In this document: positions 1-13,380 of the stretch, piece after piece | How the letters are laid out: each line of letters starts with the position of its first letter | Numbering within the stretch: the stretch's first letter is position 1 | Source: Raillietiella orientalis | Lineage: Eukaryota | Length of the DNA: 64,000 bases | Assembly: GCA_036172245.1 (NCBI GenBank) | Contig: JAYWIR010000033.1 | Coordinates: 1,178,001-1,242,000, forward strand | Reading direction: 5' to 3' | Translations under genes and position numbers: made by a program | Notes under the pieces: generated by a model | What the model was told of the DNA's origin: nothing | Database searches by the model: none | The model's input: the letters and a program-made list of their open reading frames with translations, nothing else

Positions 1-930
1 ACTAATTTTTGAAGTTCAGTAACTCCAAAATCGTGAAACGCATTCTTCGGCGTTCACTCGTGTTTGAAGACGGAGCTTTTACGATCCAGCCTGATCTCCA
101 TCTGCAACATTGAGAAAGATATCCAAAAAGCATACTGCAGAAGCTTCTGCTGCCCTCCGCGATGCTGTATGCAAGCTTTTGTGCGCGCTTTTAAATAAAA
201 GATCGTGTGTAATGATGGAAACCATCATTCCAGAGTCACGATTTTATCAAGGTACCACGATTCGATCCTAGAACCACATGGTGATACCAAAGGTGGCTGT
301 CACAGGCAAAACTACCATGACTTTTATTAATTGCCGCTTTGAGAAAGATACGTCATATTGTGCTGTTACGATACATTACCCTGCAATATGTTATTCTGTC
401 CATTATGAAGAAGTAGGTATTGCTTGAAGTATTAGTGTGTCTTGTTCTGTTGACATTTCATTCATCAGTAACATTGCACAAGCTTCCTAGAAATGGATAA
501 GAATAAGACAGCCTTATTATCAGATGAAACACCAATCCAAATGCAAGAGTGACCCCAGAGGTTGAGAGAGCACAAATTATTCTAAACATGCACAATCTCC
601 TTGATTGCCGGACACACATGAAAACTGCAACCTGCTTGCAGCACAGCAGCAACACTTTATCAGTTGCTAGGGCAACACGGATGACTGTTCATTCCTAGGT
701 CATCTAAATTTCTAAATGTGTATGTCATTTGGGATGCTGGAAGCGATGGGTGCATTTTGGCGCGAGAAGGCCAAATCAAGATTTGCAGCATCATTTACCA
801 CATCCGCTTAGTTCGGACCGAGACATTTGTTTTCCAGCTACATAGCTGGAAGAATTGCATCTGCAATGAATTTTGTCTCAAATATCCTAATGTAGCATCA
901 CCCGAAGTGCTCAATCCTGCATGAAGTAAC
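1..930 (+). mobile_element. Decayed L1-like relic: ORF1 C-terminus followed by endonuclease fragments
   Basis: Frame-broken translation FLKFSNSKIVKRILRRSLVFEDGAFTIQPDL/SATLRK resembles the L1 ORF1 C-terminal KF..KERIL..IFPDLS pattern. Later NMHNLLDCR and VIWDA resemble EN/post-EN motifs. Confidence 0.45.
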
Positions 931-999
931 TCTGGAGCACAGTGACCCTGACGCTTTCCTTACCCGAAACTCAGATATGCTTTTTTTTTTCCTTCCAGT

Positions 1000-1800
1000 G
1001 CTAAAAAGCGTTCGAAACTTCTGCGCCTTTACAATTCCAAATTTTTCCGAACGTGGGCATCGCTGAGGTTCCCTCTTCCCTACGATCGTAAGCAGGAAGT
1101 GCTAAGAGCCGAAACTTCGCACTCTTTCTGCAAGACCGGATGAAAGAAACTCTCTTTGCCTTAAGACCCCATCTCTTTGTATCCAGGGAATCAAACTGTT
1201 GCAAGAGCAAGTTCGTCACGATCTGCTTTCGTTTTCGTCACGACGTGAACGGGAAAGAAGATCGCGAACGTGGGACTCCACATTGGGTTCAGAGACCACG
1301 TTCCGGGGAAGCAGGGCAAAACGAACCGGAAACGTTGGGATGAATTTTCACGGCGGTGGCGTGGCTCGGATGCAGCATCTCCCTTCTTATAAAAAAAAAT
1401 GCGCTTCTCCGAGCGGCAAAACGAGGGCGTTTTTGTAACCGGATCATGGAGGACGCTTTCGTAAAGACGCGTTTCATCCCAATGGCCAAACGATACAGTG
1501 GGCTCTCCGCTGTATCATTTTCTGTTCTTCAAACCGAGCTGATGTGTGCGCTCCAAGCAGGTGGGAAGGCGACATCCTGCGGGTGAACTCGGAACCTCCA
1601 GACGGTGCCGATGGCACCCGAATGACCGTCGTAGCACGGGTAACGAAGGAGGCAAAAGATCCACGGGACCAGCAATATACACTCACCACCACTGTGCACA
1701 CCGTGCAGCTCTGCTGGGAAATCGGCCCGAAGGCAATCTTGCGAACACCTAAAGTGACGTTCCTACCAGGCAGGATGTGAAAGAATAGGCCAACCGGATG
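1000..1800 (+). mobile_element. Decayed Tx1/L1 ORF2 linker and RT N-terminus
   Basis: KQGKT..DEF (GKTPGxDGxxxEF-like) at ~1310 followed by SISLLIKK (ISLLYKK-like) in ORF 1356..1586. Confidence 0.5.
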
Positions 1801-1829
1801 AAGAGCGGGAAGCATGAAGCTACACTGAA

Positions 1830-2400
1830 GTGTTCATTGCCACCATCATGGGAAAGGCAACGGTTAGGCACTTTGCTCTGAAAAAGGATCTTCTTTATCT
1901 CTTCCATGTTCTCTCATCAAAAGTATTTCATTTTCAAGGTAAATGTTTTCAGTTAAACTGTTTAACCAAATTGGCTATTTCTTAAAAACTTTAGTCTCAG
2001 TAAATAAAATTAAGAACACGATGCAGTTGAGTGCTTTTATCATTTTTATCATTTATTTATTCTATTTCTGTATATAAAACTACATAAACATTTGATTCAT
2101 TCTCATCAAAAATAGTTATAAACATTTATGGTGCAACATATAAAATTATATTTAATCAGATCCTAATCACTCATATTACTCCTGGAATAAAATGTGACAC
2201 GTATAATCAAAGATGTGCTGCAATTGATGAATGCCACACATGCTTTTACAACAAATGTGTAATGGTTTATCAAATGCTGATGGAAGACAAGAATGCAAAC
2301 GGAAATACAGTTTTCCAAAATCATTCAGAATTGCACAGAGCGGAAGAATTCCACGAAGGTTTACAAGTTGGGCGTTGAACGATGCTCTCAAGTTTGTGGA
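1830..2400. other. AT-rich island lacking recognisable TE coding signal
   Basis: Abrupt drop in GC and CpG relative to flanks, strongest at 1900-2180. Confidence 0.6.
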
Positions 2401-3499
2401 AACCGTCCTCACGACTTTTCTTTTTTTGAGACTCGTGCTGGTTTCATCGTCTCCGATTAGGTGACGTCTGTCTTGTCCCAGAAAGAAAAGAAGAAGAAGA
2501 AAAAAAAAATTGAATAGTAATTTTGGCCGGCAATCAAGTCTGATTTACACACGGTTTACATGGTCAGGTAATTGCTGCCGACTTGGTGACCTGTGTTCCC
2601 GAATCCATGTGACCACGATTTCCGGAAGCTGAACTGCCCCTCCCCCAGAGCTTCAGTGAGACCCTGGAAATCCACAGCTTCCCCGCGTTTGGTAACTGCC
2701 ATCGCTGTCACTATTATTCTTGCTGTGTCCCCGTCTGTTCTTCCGGTACTTCAGCTGCCGAAACATATGCAACTTCCCCACTTAGAATGTGCGGTCGGGA
2801 CGTCTTGCTCGAATGCTGGGCACATCCAACTGGAATCCCAAGCAAACGGTGAAGACGCCTGAAGACTGATGCCTAGATCGCACAGGGTGAGGGAGACTTG
2901 CAAACGGACCGCCTCGAGTCAGACTTCGATGCGTGACGTCAGCGTGCTCAATGAGCACGCCGGTCAACAATGAGAGCTAAAAATACACGGCGAAGACTCG
3001 AAAGCGGCACGCCTCAAGTCTTGCTTGGAGGCGTGCCACCAGCAGTCGCTGTCAACATGGTGGCCAATTCAAAAATACAGCGGTGAGCGAGTGGAAACCG
3101 CCCTTCCCTTTGGGTTGACTTTGAAGAGAAAGCACAACATGCGAGTTGACGGCCGCTTCTAAGTCGCTGCTCACCTTCTGCAATCGCGCTTATTTTCAAT
3201 CTTTTTGCATTTGCACTTACTTTTACGCCGCTAAGGGAACAATAGCGAAATGGAGACTGACGAGAGGACAAAAGAATTCCCCGCTGAAATCCACGGGCGA
3301 AGCTGGGTAGATGCAGGAAGCAATGAAAGCTGTACCTGCCTTGCATTTTCCTATCTAGTTTCGAATCTTTCAAGGAAGATGCAATTGGGCCCTGGGAATC
3401 ATCGGTGGCCCCACCAATGCAGTGAGGTAGCGAGCAGATCAACCCAAAGGAGAGATTGAGGGAACGAAATGTCTTCTCTTAGCCGATATTCTGGTCATA

Positions 3500-4800
3500 A
3501 AAATCAAGAGCTCTTCCTTAATCATGTAAAGCAGAGTGAAGAAGTAGTAGGAGCATTTGTTCCGCGGACGCATTTCCGCTCTCGTTGTCACCTGTCCTGA
3601 CGACCACTGCCACAATCGGGGTGACTCAAACTGAATGACGCTTCTCTCTCTGTATCCTTTGCCACGCGACGCGTGCTTACATCCGAAGTGATCTGATCAC
3701 AGATGTTCAGATGCTCAGCGGAAGTGCTGCGTTTCCAATATTTCGGAAGCTCCTTGTAAATAGGATCACCTAGGTGATTCCAGAGCTCAGATGACAACCA
3801 GGAGTTGGGAGATCTCGTTGCTGGACAGAGCCTGTTTGGTTTGGACTCGGAGTAGCGAGTGGGAGCTTAAGGTCTCACTGGCAACTCGACCACGTAGGTT
3901 TGAGCTCGGTGGCCTGGAAAGAGTGTTTAGTCGGCACTTTAGTTTAGTTCGATGGATGCCGCTACTGTGTTGGATGCTGGGCGATCCCAAATAACTTGCT
4001 TTCCGATGAGGGAAAAACAGCGGAACCAGGAGGTTCTCCTTTTACTATCAGGAGAAACGCAAGTCATCTCACGTGACTGCATTCAGGTCACCAGGTAGTC
4101 AGTCAGATTCCAAGGATCACGATGACGTAATAGCTGGAGATTTCCAGAACGTCCGCGAACCAGCTCTGCTCAATAAATGATCAGAAGGATTACATAGAAT
4201 AAAGGGGAAAGACCTTTACAATCTTTACTGTCTTCGTGCCCTGTATGCATGGCTTAATAGTATAATTTCAAGAAATCCTCCGCACGCATCCGCATCAGTT
4301 TGTACTAGTTCTTCTTGGAGTCAGTGTTCCGGCTGGTTCCTTCATAGGGAGGATGTTCCAGCATATAGGTCCAATACCTATCGCGTCTATGCTAAAGACA
4401 ACGAGATAAGGCCTCCCCATTACGTTGGCGTATAGATCTCCCTTTTCCACACTGCCGCTCCATTTGGGCTTCTCAGGACCGCAGAGAGCCAACTGTGAGG
4501 TCTCGGGTGGCCATCTGAATACCTGTAGTCGACAGTGAGGTAGCATGGTAAAGATGCCGTCCGTCTATTCTGTGTGATCCCTCCGTTTTTACAATAAACT
4601 GAGCTACTTCGGTGTGCTTTCCTGGAACTTTGAGCTCCTGGTAAATATCGTCTTTTCTGAGTTTCCAGGACCCCTATGAGCCAGCGTTGATCATCTGATC
4701 CATACCTGGGATCCTCACATTAAAGGGAAAAATGCGCAGTTCTCATGCATTTCCCCTCTTCTGCGCACCTTGTTGGACGCTTCGGTGGCATGACGAAGAG
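3500..4800 (-). mobile_element. Decayed L1-like ORF2 C-terminal fragments
   Basis: Weak motif resemblance (LPKYWKRST to IAxxWK; KPKWSG..GDLY to PKxxGGxxxPD). Confidence 0.3.
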
Positions 4801-5579
4801 GAAGGGATTGCCATGGCACGTCTCGTAGAATGACAGAGTCAGAAATTCACTGGAGATGAATTTTTGACACATTTCACAATCAGAAGCTTAAAAGCAAAAG
4901 TGACATTCTGAGTCTTTAGTCCCATGTCTCTCTTCGTTCAATAAGTTTTGTCCAAATGACGACCAAATAAAGAGGGAGTGTCGCACGGAGCAAAGTTCTT
5001 CCTGCTCTAAATTTCACTCGCAACTTTTTTCCTTCCTAATTTGAATCGCAAGCGGAAGAACAAGAGCAAGAAGAAAAAAAAGCATTGGTTGGACAAGATG
5101 CAGCAGGAGTGCAAGTGGGCTTCATCTAGGGTTAGCACGTCGATTCCAACAACATTTTTGTAATGTGCATCCATTCAATCCGTCTCTTTGCTCCAAAGCC
5201 CGGAATCTGCCTTTCTAGCCAACTCCCAGAGCACTTCGGGTGCCTTTTGTTTCGACAGCTTCTGCATCGACTCCTGATGGACGAGAACTGGAGAAAACAA
5301 CACAGGTTTCCAGTTGTCTTGCAGGGATTCCGGAGTACCGATCTCCATCTCCTTGTCTTCCTAGTGTGTAGAGAAAGCCAGGCATGATCTGTGGTCCACA
5401 GCAGCGAAAGCTCTCCAATCAGTTCCCCAGATAGTGGAATTCATTCCTCGATTGGTTTCCTTTTGTTTTCTTCGTAAGGAGAAACGAATCCTAAGCAGAA
5501 GTCTTTCCATTTCATCCTTCATCTGTTTGCTCTGCTATTCCCAAACATCAGAGCAGATCTAACGATCACATTTGCTGCC

Positions 5580-6070
5580 TCAAACCTTTCTTCTGCCCAA
5601 CCATCTCCCTCTCGTGCACACTTCCCATGCATAGTTGGGAGCAGACCAAGAAGAGGATTTAGCAGAATTGGCTGGAGGGATGCCTTTCGGAGAGGCATCA
5701 AGAAAACTCAATTGCGACCTGATCTCGTCCAGGCTCTGCACAGCTGGGGGACATCTATAGGTCGCACATGCTAGGCACTCTTCGGAGTCGCTGAGTGCCA
5801 TGGTCGAGTTTGTCAGAAGATGACCTGAAGACGGAGAAAGGAAAGCAAGCAGACCTGTCCCGTGAAAGCGAACCTCCCCGATGAACCCTACACCTTGGCA
5901 CGAAACACTGCTCTCCAGAACCTGTCGTGGACCAGCACTTCGGTAACAGCAACGGGGAAGCGGGAGGACGTTCCGTTCCTTTACGTGATCTCGCTCCTTT
6001 TCCTGAAATGAATTCCTCATGAGAAGCTGGACATAAGGTCCTGTTTCCTCGACTGGATGCCATCCCATTT
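5580..6070 (-). mobile_element. Tx1-like ORF1 (gag-like zinc knuckle) relic
   Basis: Cys-rich spacing LPKCWSTTGSGEQCFVPRCRVH and ATYRCP across frames resembles tandem CCHC knuckles. Confidence 0.4.
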
Positions 6071-6384
6071 GGATGAACTGGGATCTAATGTAATCGTGTT
6101 TCCGATTTGTTCGCCCTTCTGAATTGGATTCCCGTCGTTGCTTGGCACAAATCCCTTGCTTGCATCAAATTCCTCGTCTCTTTTTTTTCCCTAGTAAACA
6201 AGGAGAAACATCCAGGAATCCATACATTTCTACGACGGTCCCTTCGCTTGGGATGGCTGCCGCTTGGATGTTCTTAAGAGCCCCTCGAGATGGGATAGCG
6301 ATCATTTTTGGGTTCTTTCCTGTCTTCGCTGTTTTCTTACCAGCTTTTCCTTTCAGGTTTTCATTTTTTGGGTTCTCCAGGTAC

Positions 6385-7049
6385 CACAAGAACCGTCGCG
6401 CGCCTGAACACTCACGGAGCTCTTTGACGACGTTCCACGTCACCTGAGAAAGCGTGTAATTCTTCAAGATGAGGGTACCCCGGGAGGGGACTATCCTATG
6501 AATTCAGGAAGAGCTCCGAAGAAGGGGGTTCCGTTCCTCTCACGCCTGGGGAGGGATCACCAAGGGAGCCTCCTTCCTTACGCTTTCCGAAGGGATATCA
6601 GAAGGGGGTCAGCTCCTGTTTGTTTCCCTGAAGAGAACTACGAAGGGGCACTTCCAAAATTTCTCAAAAGGGCGCTCCCGAAGGGAGCGGCACGCTTCTT
6701 CGCACTCTGGAGAGGCATCATCAATCCACCAGCTCCATGGTACGAGACGGAGGGTTTCTCTCGGAGGGGAAAGTCCTCTCCTTTGCACAACCGGAGGGAA
6801 CTCCCACTCCTCGATTTCTGGAAGAACCCGATGGTCGACTTGCAATCCCGGGCACTCATCGGAGGCATCCGGTTTTGACCGCCACCAATGCCGAATGAAT
6901 AGAGGCCAACCAGCGCCATCTCGCGGGGGAAACGCAAACATATGACGCACCCCCATTTCTCTGGAGTGAATTCTATCCAGGTATTGAAACCCGCGGCGCC
7001 TGGTGCCACGCACGAAGACTTCAGCAGCCACGTGGCCTCCTACGCGGGC
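6385..7049 (-). mobile_element. SINE-like family, copy A
   Basis: Collinear similarity to 16690-17418 and 33960-34580. Minus-strand head GCCCGCGTAGGAGGCCACGTGG...GGGTTTCAATACC; tail CTTGAAGAATTACACGC..CAGGTGACGTGGAAC. Confidence 0.75.
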
Positions 7050-7650
7050 TTTCATACCGCGACTCTGTTGATAATCCTTCCTTAGGGCATTGCGCGCTCC
7101 TTGGGAAAAAAACGATCGTGAACTGGACCAGGGTGCAATGCCGACTGTCCCTGGCAGCGACACCCGGCTTACCGAGACATGACATGGAAGGCCGAAAATG
7201 CCGTTTTCACGAGGAGCTCGGTTCAATGGGTTCATCGGGATTCCTCTTTGGCAATCCTTTTCTACACGGGAGGGAGTCGCCTCGCACCCTGGAATCGGCT
7301 CGTAGGGAGGGAAAGGCGGACACCCGGAGAGAGGCTCTTGAGGCGTCCAGGAGGTCTCGTTGGGCTGCTATGAATACGAGTCGAGTAACACGAACCTCCT
7401 TCCAGATTGCGTCCTCTGCTTGTCTCCAAGGAGAGTAGGCGATGGGAGCAATGGGGATGGGGAATGTAGGCAAACCGAATTCGTAGCGTCGGGAGAGCGA
7501 TTGGCCCTGAACCTCGGGCCGTTCAGGTTCGGCCGTGAATCGGTTTTCCCTAGTCGTGACCAGGAGCTCACAGAAGGTCGCCACATTTCGTCTCTACGAC
7601 TCACCAGAGACGCCAGCTCAAGGGTCAGGCGTCGAGCACGGCGGTCATCC
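7050..7650 (-). mobile_element. Tx1-like ORF2 post-RT fragment
   Basis: Weak resemblance of LRADSRVRGDSLPCRKG to the WxxRxLSxxG(K/R) motif. Confidence 0.3.
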
Positions 7651-7654
7651 CATT

Positions 7655-9070
7655 CAGGCAAGCCATACGGTCTCCGTTGTGGTCATCACAAGAGCTGAGG
7701 GTTCGAATCCCTGAGGAATGGGGGTGTGTCGTGGGTTTCGAGTCTTCCCCGCAGGATGAGGCTGGTTGGCCTTTACTGTCTTCGGGGACAAAACCAGTGG
7801 AAGCGAAAACCGGATGCCTCGTTGACTGACCGGGATTGGAAGTTGACCCTCCAGGGCCCTTCCGGAAATCATCAAATTTCCGGGTTCTCTTCGAGGTTCC
7901 CCTCTGGTCATAAAAAGGGAGCCTCCATCAAATACAATGGAGCTGGTTGATATCCCTCCTTGGGGTTATCTTTCCAGAGTATCAAGAAGTGGGCTGCTTT
8001 CCCCGAGAAGGAATCCTTCACAGAAATCCGGAAGCGTCCCTTCGGGGTTCTCTCGAGAGGAGGAAACCAGAATCGATCCCCTAGAGGGTTCCCTTTGGAG
8101 AAGAAATGGGGAGTGCTTCTTCCGGAGAGGATAAGGAAGAGGTTCCCTCCGAGATTTTCTTCCAAGCGTAGGAGGCACGGACTCCTTCCTCCGGAGCCCT
8201 TCCTGATTCATGGGACGGTGCTCCCTAACCTGAAGAGTGAACCGGAGGGAAACTGATATTTATGCAAGGGTTGCTTCCCGGTACTGTTGTTTTTTTAGGT
8301 GTGGGTCGGTGCTGAGTTCCAGCCGCACCTGCTTTTGGACTGCGGTGCCCTCCAAGGACTGTCGCGGAGGCCGGCATCAGCACTTCTGCACCGAGAGGGC
8401 ATCGCCCGAGATGTGCTGAGACGGTTCCTCGCGCTGAGAGAACTCCCGGGCGCGGTGGTCGCAACCCTGGGGTTGCAACCGAGCCATCGCCCGACCGGGT
8501 GTTCGAGACGACCATGCAGCAAAGGAAGGTCACCAGGACGTCAGCCGCTTACAGCAGGACAGCTGCAAAGTGGCCTCACCTTGTAGAAGAAGCAAAGGAG
8601 GAGATCGCAGGCATCCAGCGCCGGCTGATGGACAGTTAGGAATGGCTGACCCCGGTAACCCTTGCCCCCCTACCACCCTGTATTTGTTTTCTTCCCATCC
8701 TCTCTCGCTCTGTAACTTCCCCGGTGCTTTGTTTTCATCCTGATGTACACGGAGCGATCCAAAGATACCTGCCCCATTCCACTGACTTTATTCTTTTTTT
8801 TGTTTCTGTTTCTCTCTTGTCCCTACCGTATCCCGGACCTTCTGTTGTCCCGACCTGCGTGTCGGTGGACGCTTTCCTCGAACTTCCGTTGTCGCCGGGT
8901 GGGAACCTGCGCGTTCTCGACTGGTTTGTTTTTTATGAGAGAAACGTCTCCGGCATGACCTGGCATGGCTCCATGAGAAAGCTTGAAGAGTGAACACGCA
9001 CACCCTCGGGTGACGTGAGCAGCGACGAAGGAGCTTCGTGAGCCCCTAGGCGAACGACTCTTGAGTACTT
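7655..9070 (+). mobile_element. SINE-like family, copy B, interrupted by a LINE insertion
   Basis: B-box GGTTCGAATCC at ~7700. Body is reverse-complement-similar to copies A/C. Tail resumes at 8984 (TGAAGAGTGAACACGCACACCCTCGGGTGACGTG). Confidence 0.75.
8243..8983 (+). mobile_element. 5'-truncated Tx1-like LINE 3' end with 12-bp target site duplication
   Basis: PHLLLDCGAL zinc-binding motif in ORF 8299..8586; pyrimidine-rich 3' UTR; exact direct repeat TGAAGAGTGAAC at 8231-8242 and 8984-8995. Confidence 0.85.
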
Positions 9071-9900
9071 AGCTTCGAGTCCACCACACTCAAGCTCCAG
9101 GGCAGAGCCTTCTGGCGTTGGAAGGCAGCCAGGTTCTTGGGAGCTGCCGTCCGCGTGGATCCTAGCGGTATTAGCAAACACCCCAGTGAGACCCTGGAGG
9201 TCTGATCCAGCTGCCATTCTTGATGCGTAGGAGGATCCCGTAAGGATATTCTTTGAGCGTGGTCCAGTCGATCCTGGGTCCTTGGAACGGCCTTCTCCAA
9301 ATGCTTCTCCGACCTTCCCGAACGACACCTGGATACGTCCGTGCGCCCTTATGATGAGTGAGAGCACTGATTGAATTCAGAACGGTCAGAGCCGTTGACC
9401 ATCGATCTCAAAATCCTAAAGACGCTCAGAATCGTTGAGCTCTGAATGCTCAGTGGTCAGTGGTCTTCTTTTCTCCCTTCAAGGCATGCCCACTTCTTCC
9501 AGTATTCAAACTTCTCTTTTTCCCAGAACCGCAAAGTTCGCCTCAACGTATCCCTCTCTCAGCTCCAAAGTAGATTTCAAGCAGGATCCGTCATTGCATC
9601 CGTTTCCATGGTAAACGCTTCCTCGAGATGCATGTTCCATTTAATCAGGCTTGCATATGACAGACGAGAAAGGAGGAACGGGCAGATCTGTGAAATCCAT
9701 GTCGTCTGCTGAAACTTAGAGGAAAGACTGGGCTTTTCGTACAGTAACATCAGGGATTCGGCTACGACCAAAATTCACCGTCCCGCTCTGAAGCTCCGGA
9801 GAACAGGGAATTCTCCAAATCCCCTTTTTATTCTCTGTTCGGGTTCTCCTTCACCCATTTTTGCTAATCACCAGGCTTGCTCCTCTCATTTGCTCCATCT
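9070..9900 (-). mobile_element. Decayed L1-like ORF1 then endonuclease fragments
   Basis: DTLRRTLRFW (RSRRNNLRI-like) near 9540; GRTDVSR (LxDVWR-like) and DRLDH (SRLD-like) at 9340-9260. Confidence 0.4.
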
Positions 9901-9999
9901 GCTGGAGCATTTACCAGGCACGGCTTGCTGTCACGGAATGAACGCACTCTCATTACCATCATCAGCTATAACATACTGATGGGAGTGCTTTTTCGAGTC

Positions 10000-11400
10000 C
10001 TGTAAGGATGAAATTCTGGTCAGAAGACGTTTTCCCCTCTGTGTGTCTTCCTGGTGGCAGGGCGGTCGGAGTTCTGCGTCAGCTTCCTGTGCCAACCCAC
10101 ACTTAAGAACTGGGCATTGGATTCGCCTTTTTCTCAAACGAGAGGGGAATGGGGTGCCCACGATCGTAGCAGCGGGTCAGTGATGCCGTCGAGGACACGG
10201 CCGGGAGTCCCAAAAGTGTCCTCTGCACGCAGAGAAAACAGGCAATTCTCAGCTCTCACCGTAGACGGACTCAGTCTTCTCAGAGAACTGGCATTATGCA
10301 GCCTTTTGTGAAAGGGACCTATTGCGAAGGCGCGTCATACAGAATCTGACGGTGGGGTCATCTCTTTACAGGAGTTCCTTCTGCGTGTGCTTGACCGTGC
10401 AGATGTTTTTTCGAAGTCGATACTGAATGCAAGCTTCGCTGCTTTTGTCCTCTTGATTTCTGATCAGTAAGTAATCAGGCATCAGTGCGGCCGCTATAAG
10501 TGAGTTGGACAGGTCATGACCCATTGCTTCGATAGTGAACACCTCGCTTTCCTCTCGTTTGGTGAATCCGATTCTCAGTTCTTAAGTGTGTGTCAATGAC
10601 GCACATGATGCCTTCCATCACAAGCCAAGTGGCAAGAAGGGTGAGAAAACGAGATGCTGGACTGGAAGGCACTCGGGAAAGAAATCTTTCAGGAGAGCCC
10701 ATAAACTGTTTTTTTTTCAAGCGTTACTTTGAATCTCGCCGCTTGCTCAGCTCCTCTGAAAGCTTGGAATTGAAACAGCAGCCTGCGGCAAAAGCAGCTC
10801 CTCGCGAGTGCGCGAACTTCGCACGTGCCAGGCACGTTCATTTCACTCGATGCTGTGGACAGATGCCGGATGGAAGAATAAGAAGCGGATGTGAAAAAAG
10901 CGTTTCAAGAGCATGGGAAGAGAACTTCGAGGGACGGCAAACCAGGAACGTTTGTCGAGTGAGCTGGAAAGTTCAGGGGCTCCGGAATTCAAGCCATGAA
11001 CACGACTTTAGTGCTCACACTGTTCCTACAACGGATGAGCACACAGTCCGATTTGAATAACTCTGATCAGCTTCTGGATTACGTGTCAGCAGCGGAAGAG
11101 TGCAATCTTTCCTAGAGCAACACAGAAGGAGTAGTAGAAATGCAAAGAGAGTTTTATGCTGGGAGAAATCTGCGCAGCAATGCTACTTACCACAGTGCAG
11201 AAATCAAAGTTCTCAACCCAAGGGCAGGTCAAGTCGGTCTCCCAAACTGGTGCTGCTACTGCTCTTTCACCAAATGCAACACTCGAGGCAGCTGACCGCT
11301 ATACACCGCGTAAAGGAGCACAGACACTTGGGAAGCTGTGGACAGCTCTTTCCAATGCACGTTGAAATAAAAGGCATAGTCACTTTTTGAGGGAGGAGTT
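10000..11400 (+). mobile_element. Decayed LINE ORF2 fragments
   Basis: Weak: VSFLCQPTL (DIxFLQETH-like) and QVGLP (GGLGLP-like). Confidence 0.3.
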
Positions 11401-11950
11401 TTCGCAGCTGGACCGCTTGGTTGTCGTCCTTGCACGAAAAAGAGGTCATTCTGATCAACCGAGTTCACATCTTCCAGAGCTCCACAGCTTCGAGAAAATA
11501 CCTAGCGGGTGCGTCCGAAAGATGTCCCAGATGTGCTGGATATTGAACGACCCCATTAACTTCCTGAGTTGGTTCAGGTACCTTCCTGGAATTTCCTGAT
11601 CCAGTAAGAGGGCACGATCCATCCTGCGATCCAGGAAACAAAATGATCACTCGACTCCCCGCTTGGATTCCTCTCATGGAGAGGGAGGACCTCATCCCTT
11701 CTTTTTTCTTTTTGAGCACCTTGTTGGATGCTTGGATGGTGTGCGAGGTCGGGACGAAGTGAGCTCTCAACAGCAACTGGGTATCCCTTGGACGCTGGTG
11801 TGGGTCTGCCATAGTCCCTGAGACTCTTTCTTCAGACGTGGTCAGCTTAAGAAGCAGGTACGTGATTTGTGTTCCTCCGCGCTTGCTTTCCCTCTTTAGT
11901 TTCTTTCTCTTTTTCTTACCCATTTCTCAGTCTTCTTCCTGATAGCGCAA
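11400..11950 (-). mobile_element. LINE endonuclease N-terminal relic
   Basis: RDTQLLLRAH (DIxLLQETH-like) followed by KKKEGM (KxxGVAIL-like) in ORF 11465..11923. Confidence 0.4.
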
Positions 11951-12599
11951 AGGTGAAAGTTGCATGCTCAATGATTTCAAATCTGTGGCAGAGCAGCGCT
12001 TCATTTCCGGACGGAGAGGCGATTAAGACGTGAGGAAGATACGATGCTATGGCCTGCAAATCAGACATACTTAATCAAGGTTTCGAGGTTTGAATCGGAG
12101 CCCTCCAGGTCTCATCTTCTTGGACAATGTCCCTTGCTAGCTGCAGGACTTTACACTGGTCCCTGTCTTGAGATGTGAGCTACCGAAAACCGCCCCGAAG
12201 GTGGGCAACAGGAAAGCACTTCCTTGTTTTCTTTTCCTCACATTATGCACTGCGCTCTGTTTCTCGTGGCAACGCCTGGCTCGAGGCGGGATGATTTTAA
12301 TTCGCCGGTTCTGTAATTTTAGGTCGTATTGTTGGTCGCCATGGTGATCGTGCATCTGGAGCCACGTCGCGATGCCGTGTTCGAGGCAGGTCGATCTTAA
12401 GAGTGGTACTCCGTAATAAGGCATGGGTGCTTCGATGTATAATGAGATGGGAAAATGGCAAGTTCAGATGGAGGTCCTCCATTCTTCTACGGTAATATGT
12501 TCTGTTAATTTCTAACTCTTTCCTGGTGTTTTTCTACTCGTTTCCTTCCAGAGAGAAACTCCATGTGTTTCACTCTCCATCCTGCCTGGGTTCTACTAT

Positions 12600-13380
12600 T
12601 GCACGGCCGTTATAAGGTAAGAAGAGCTAAGCTCTCTCTCTGCTGCAGCTCAAACGAGGCGGGTGTACGATGAAGGAAGCTTCCTTCCTTCACCGCACCT
12701 TCCTCCCCCTTAAGACTGTCCTCTAAGAGCGCTACCGAAAAATGGCTTTCTTGGAACAGCACTCTCCGCCCATCATTGCCTTGCTGACCCTTCAGTCTTC
12801 CGAGCTCCCGCTCTGCCCTATCCACGTGTTTGCGAAACAGCGGCGCCGTTGTCCAGCGTCATTGTGGCCAAGTTGTCATGGCCTCGCGCGTTCATCTCGT
12901 TCGGATGAGCACTCTCATGACCGGATGCAGGAAAATTGAACTCATTCACAGGCTGGGCGGCATCGCAGGCTCATGCTGCCCTTGCAATTTTGGCAGGCGG
13001 AAAAAGCGAGGAACCTATTTGGAAACGGAAATTTTTCGGGAGTGTCCTTTTTTCCAATTTGGAATCTGGATTTGGACCATGTGGCGTGGTGCTCAAAGAC
13101 TCGGAAGTATGACTTCTGACTGGAGCCATTCAAAGATACTCTTGCCAGCCTCCCGATTTTTCGCAGCTTCTCTTTGGAGCCGTTTTCTCCGTCTCGATAC
13201 CTCAAAGGGACCAATAGCTAATTCCGTGCTTTGGCGGGGCGCCCTTGCAGTTGTCTTAATTATGCGAAAGATGGCACTGAAGGGTGGGTTGATCCTCACC
13301 TACATGCGGAAAAGAGCACAGCTTCCTGCAAAATTAAGTGACTACCGGTCATCCCACGTCAGTTTGACGGGATGGTAGAC
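12600..13380 (+). mobile_element. Decayed LINE RT domain
   Basis: PPIIALL (RPISLL-like) then LLPASRFFAASL (CPLSPLLF-like) in expected order. Confidence 0.45.

Noticed and set aside
7655..7715. Possible tRNA genes at the GGTTCGAATCC motifs (also ~49575 and ~17350)
   Set aside because: No complete cloverleaf; these are heads of the dispersed repeat.
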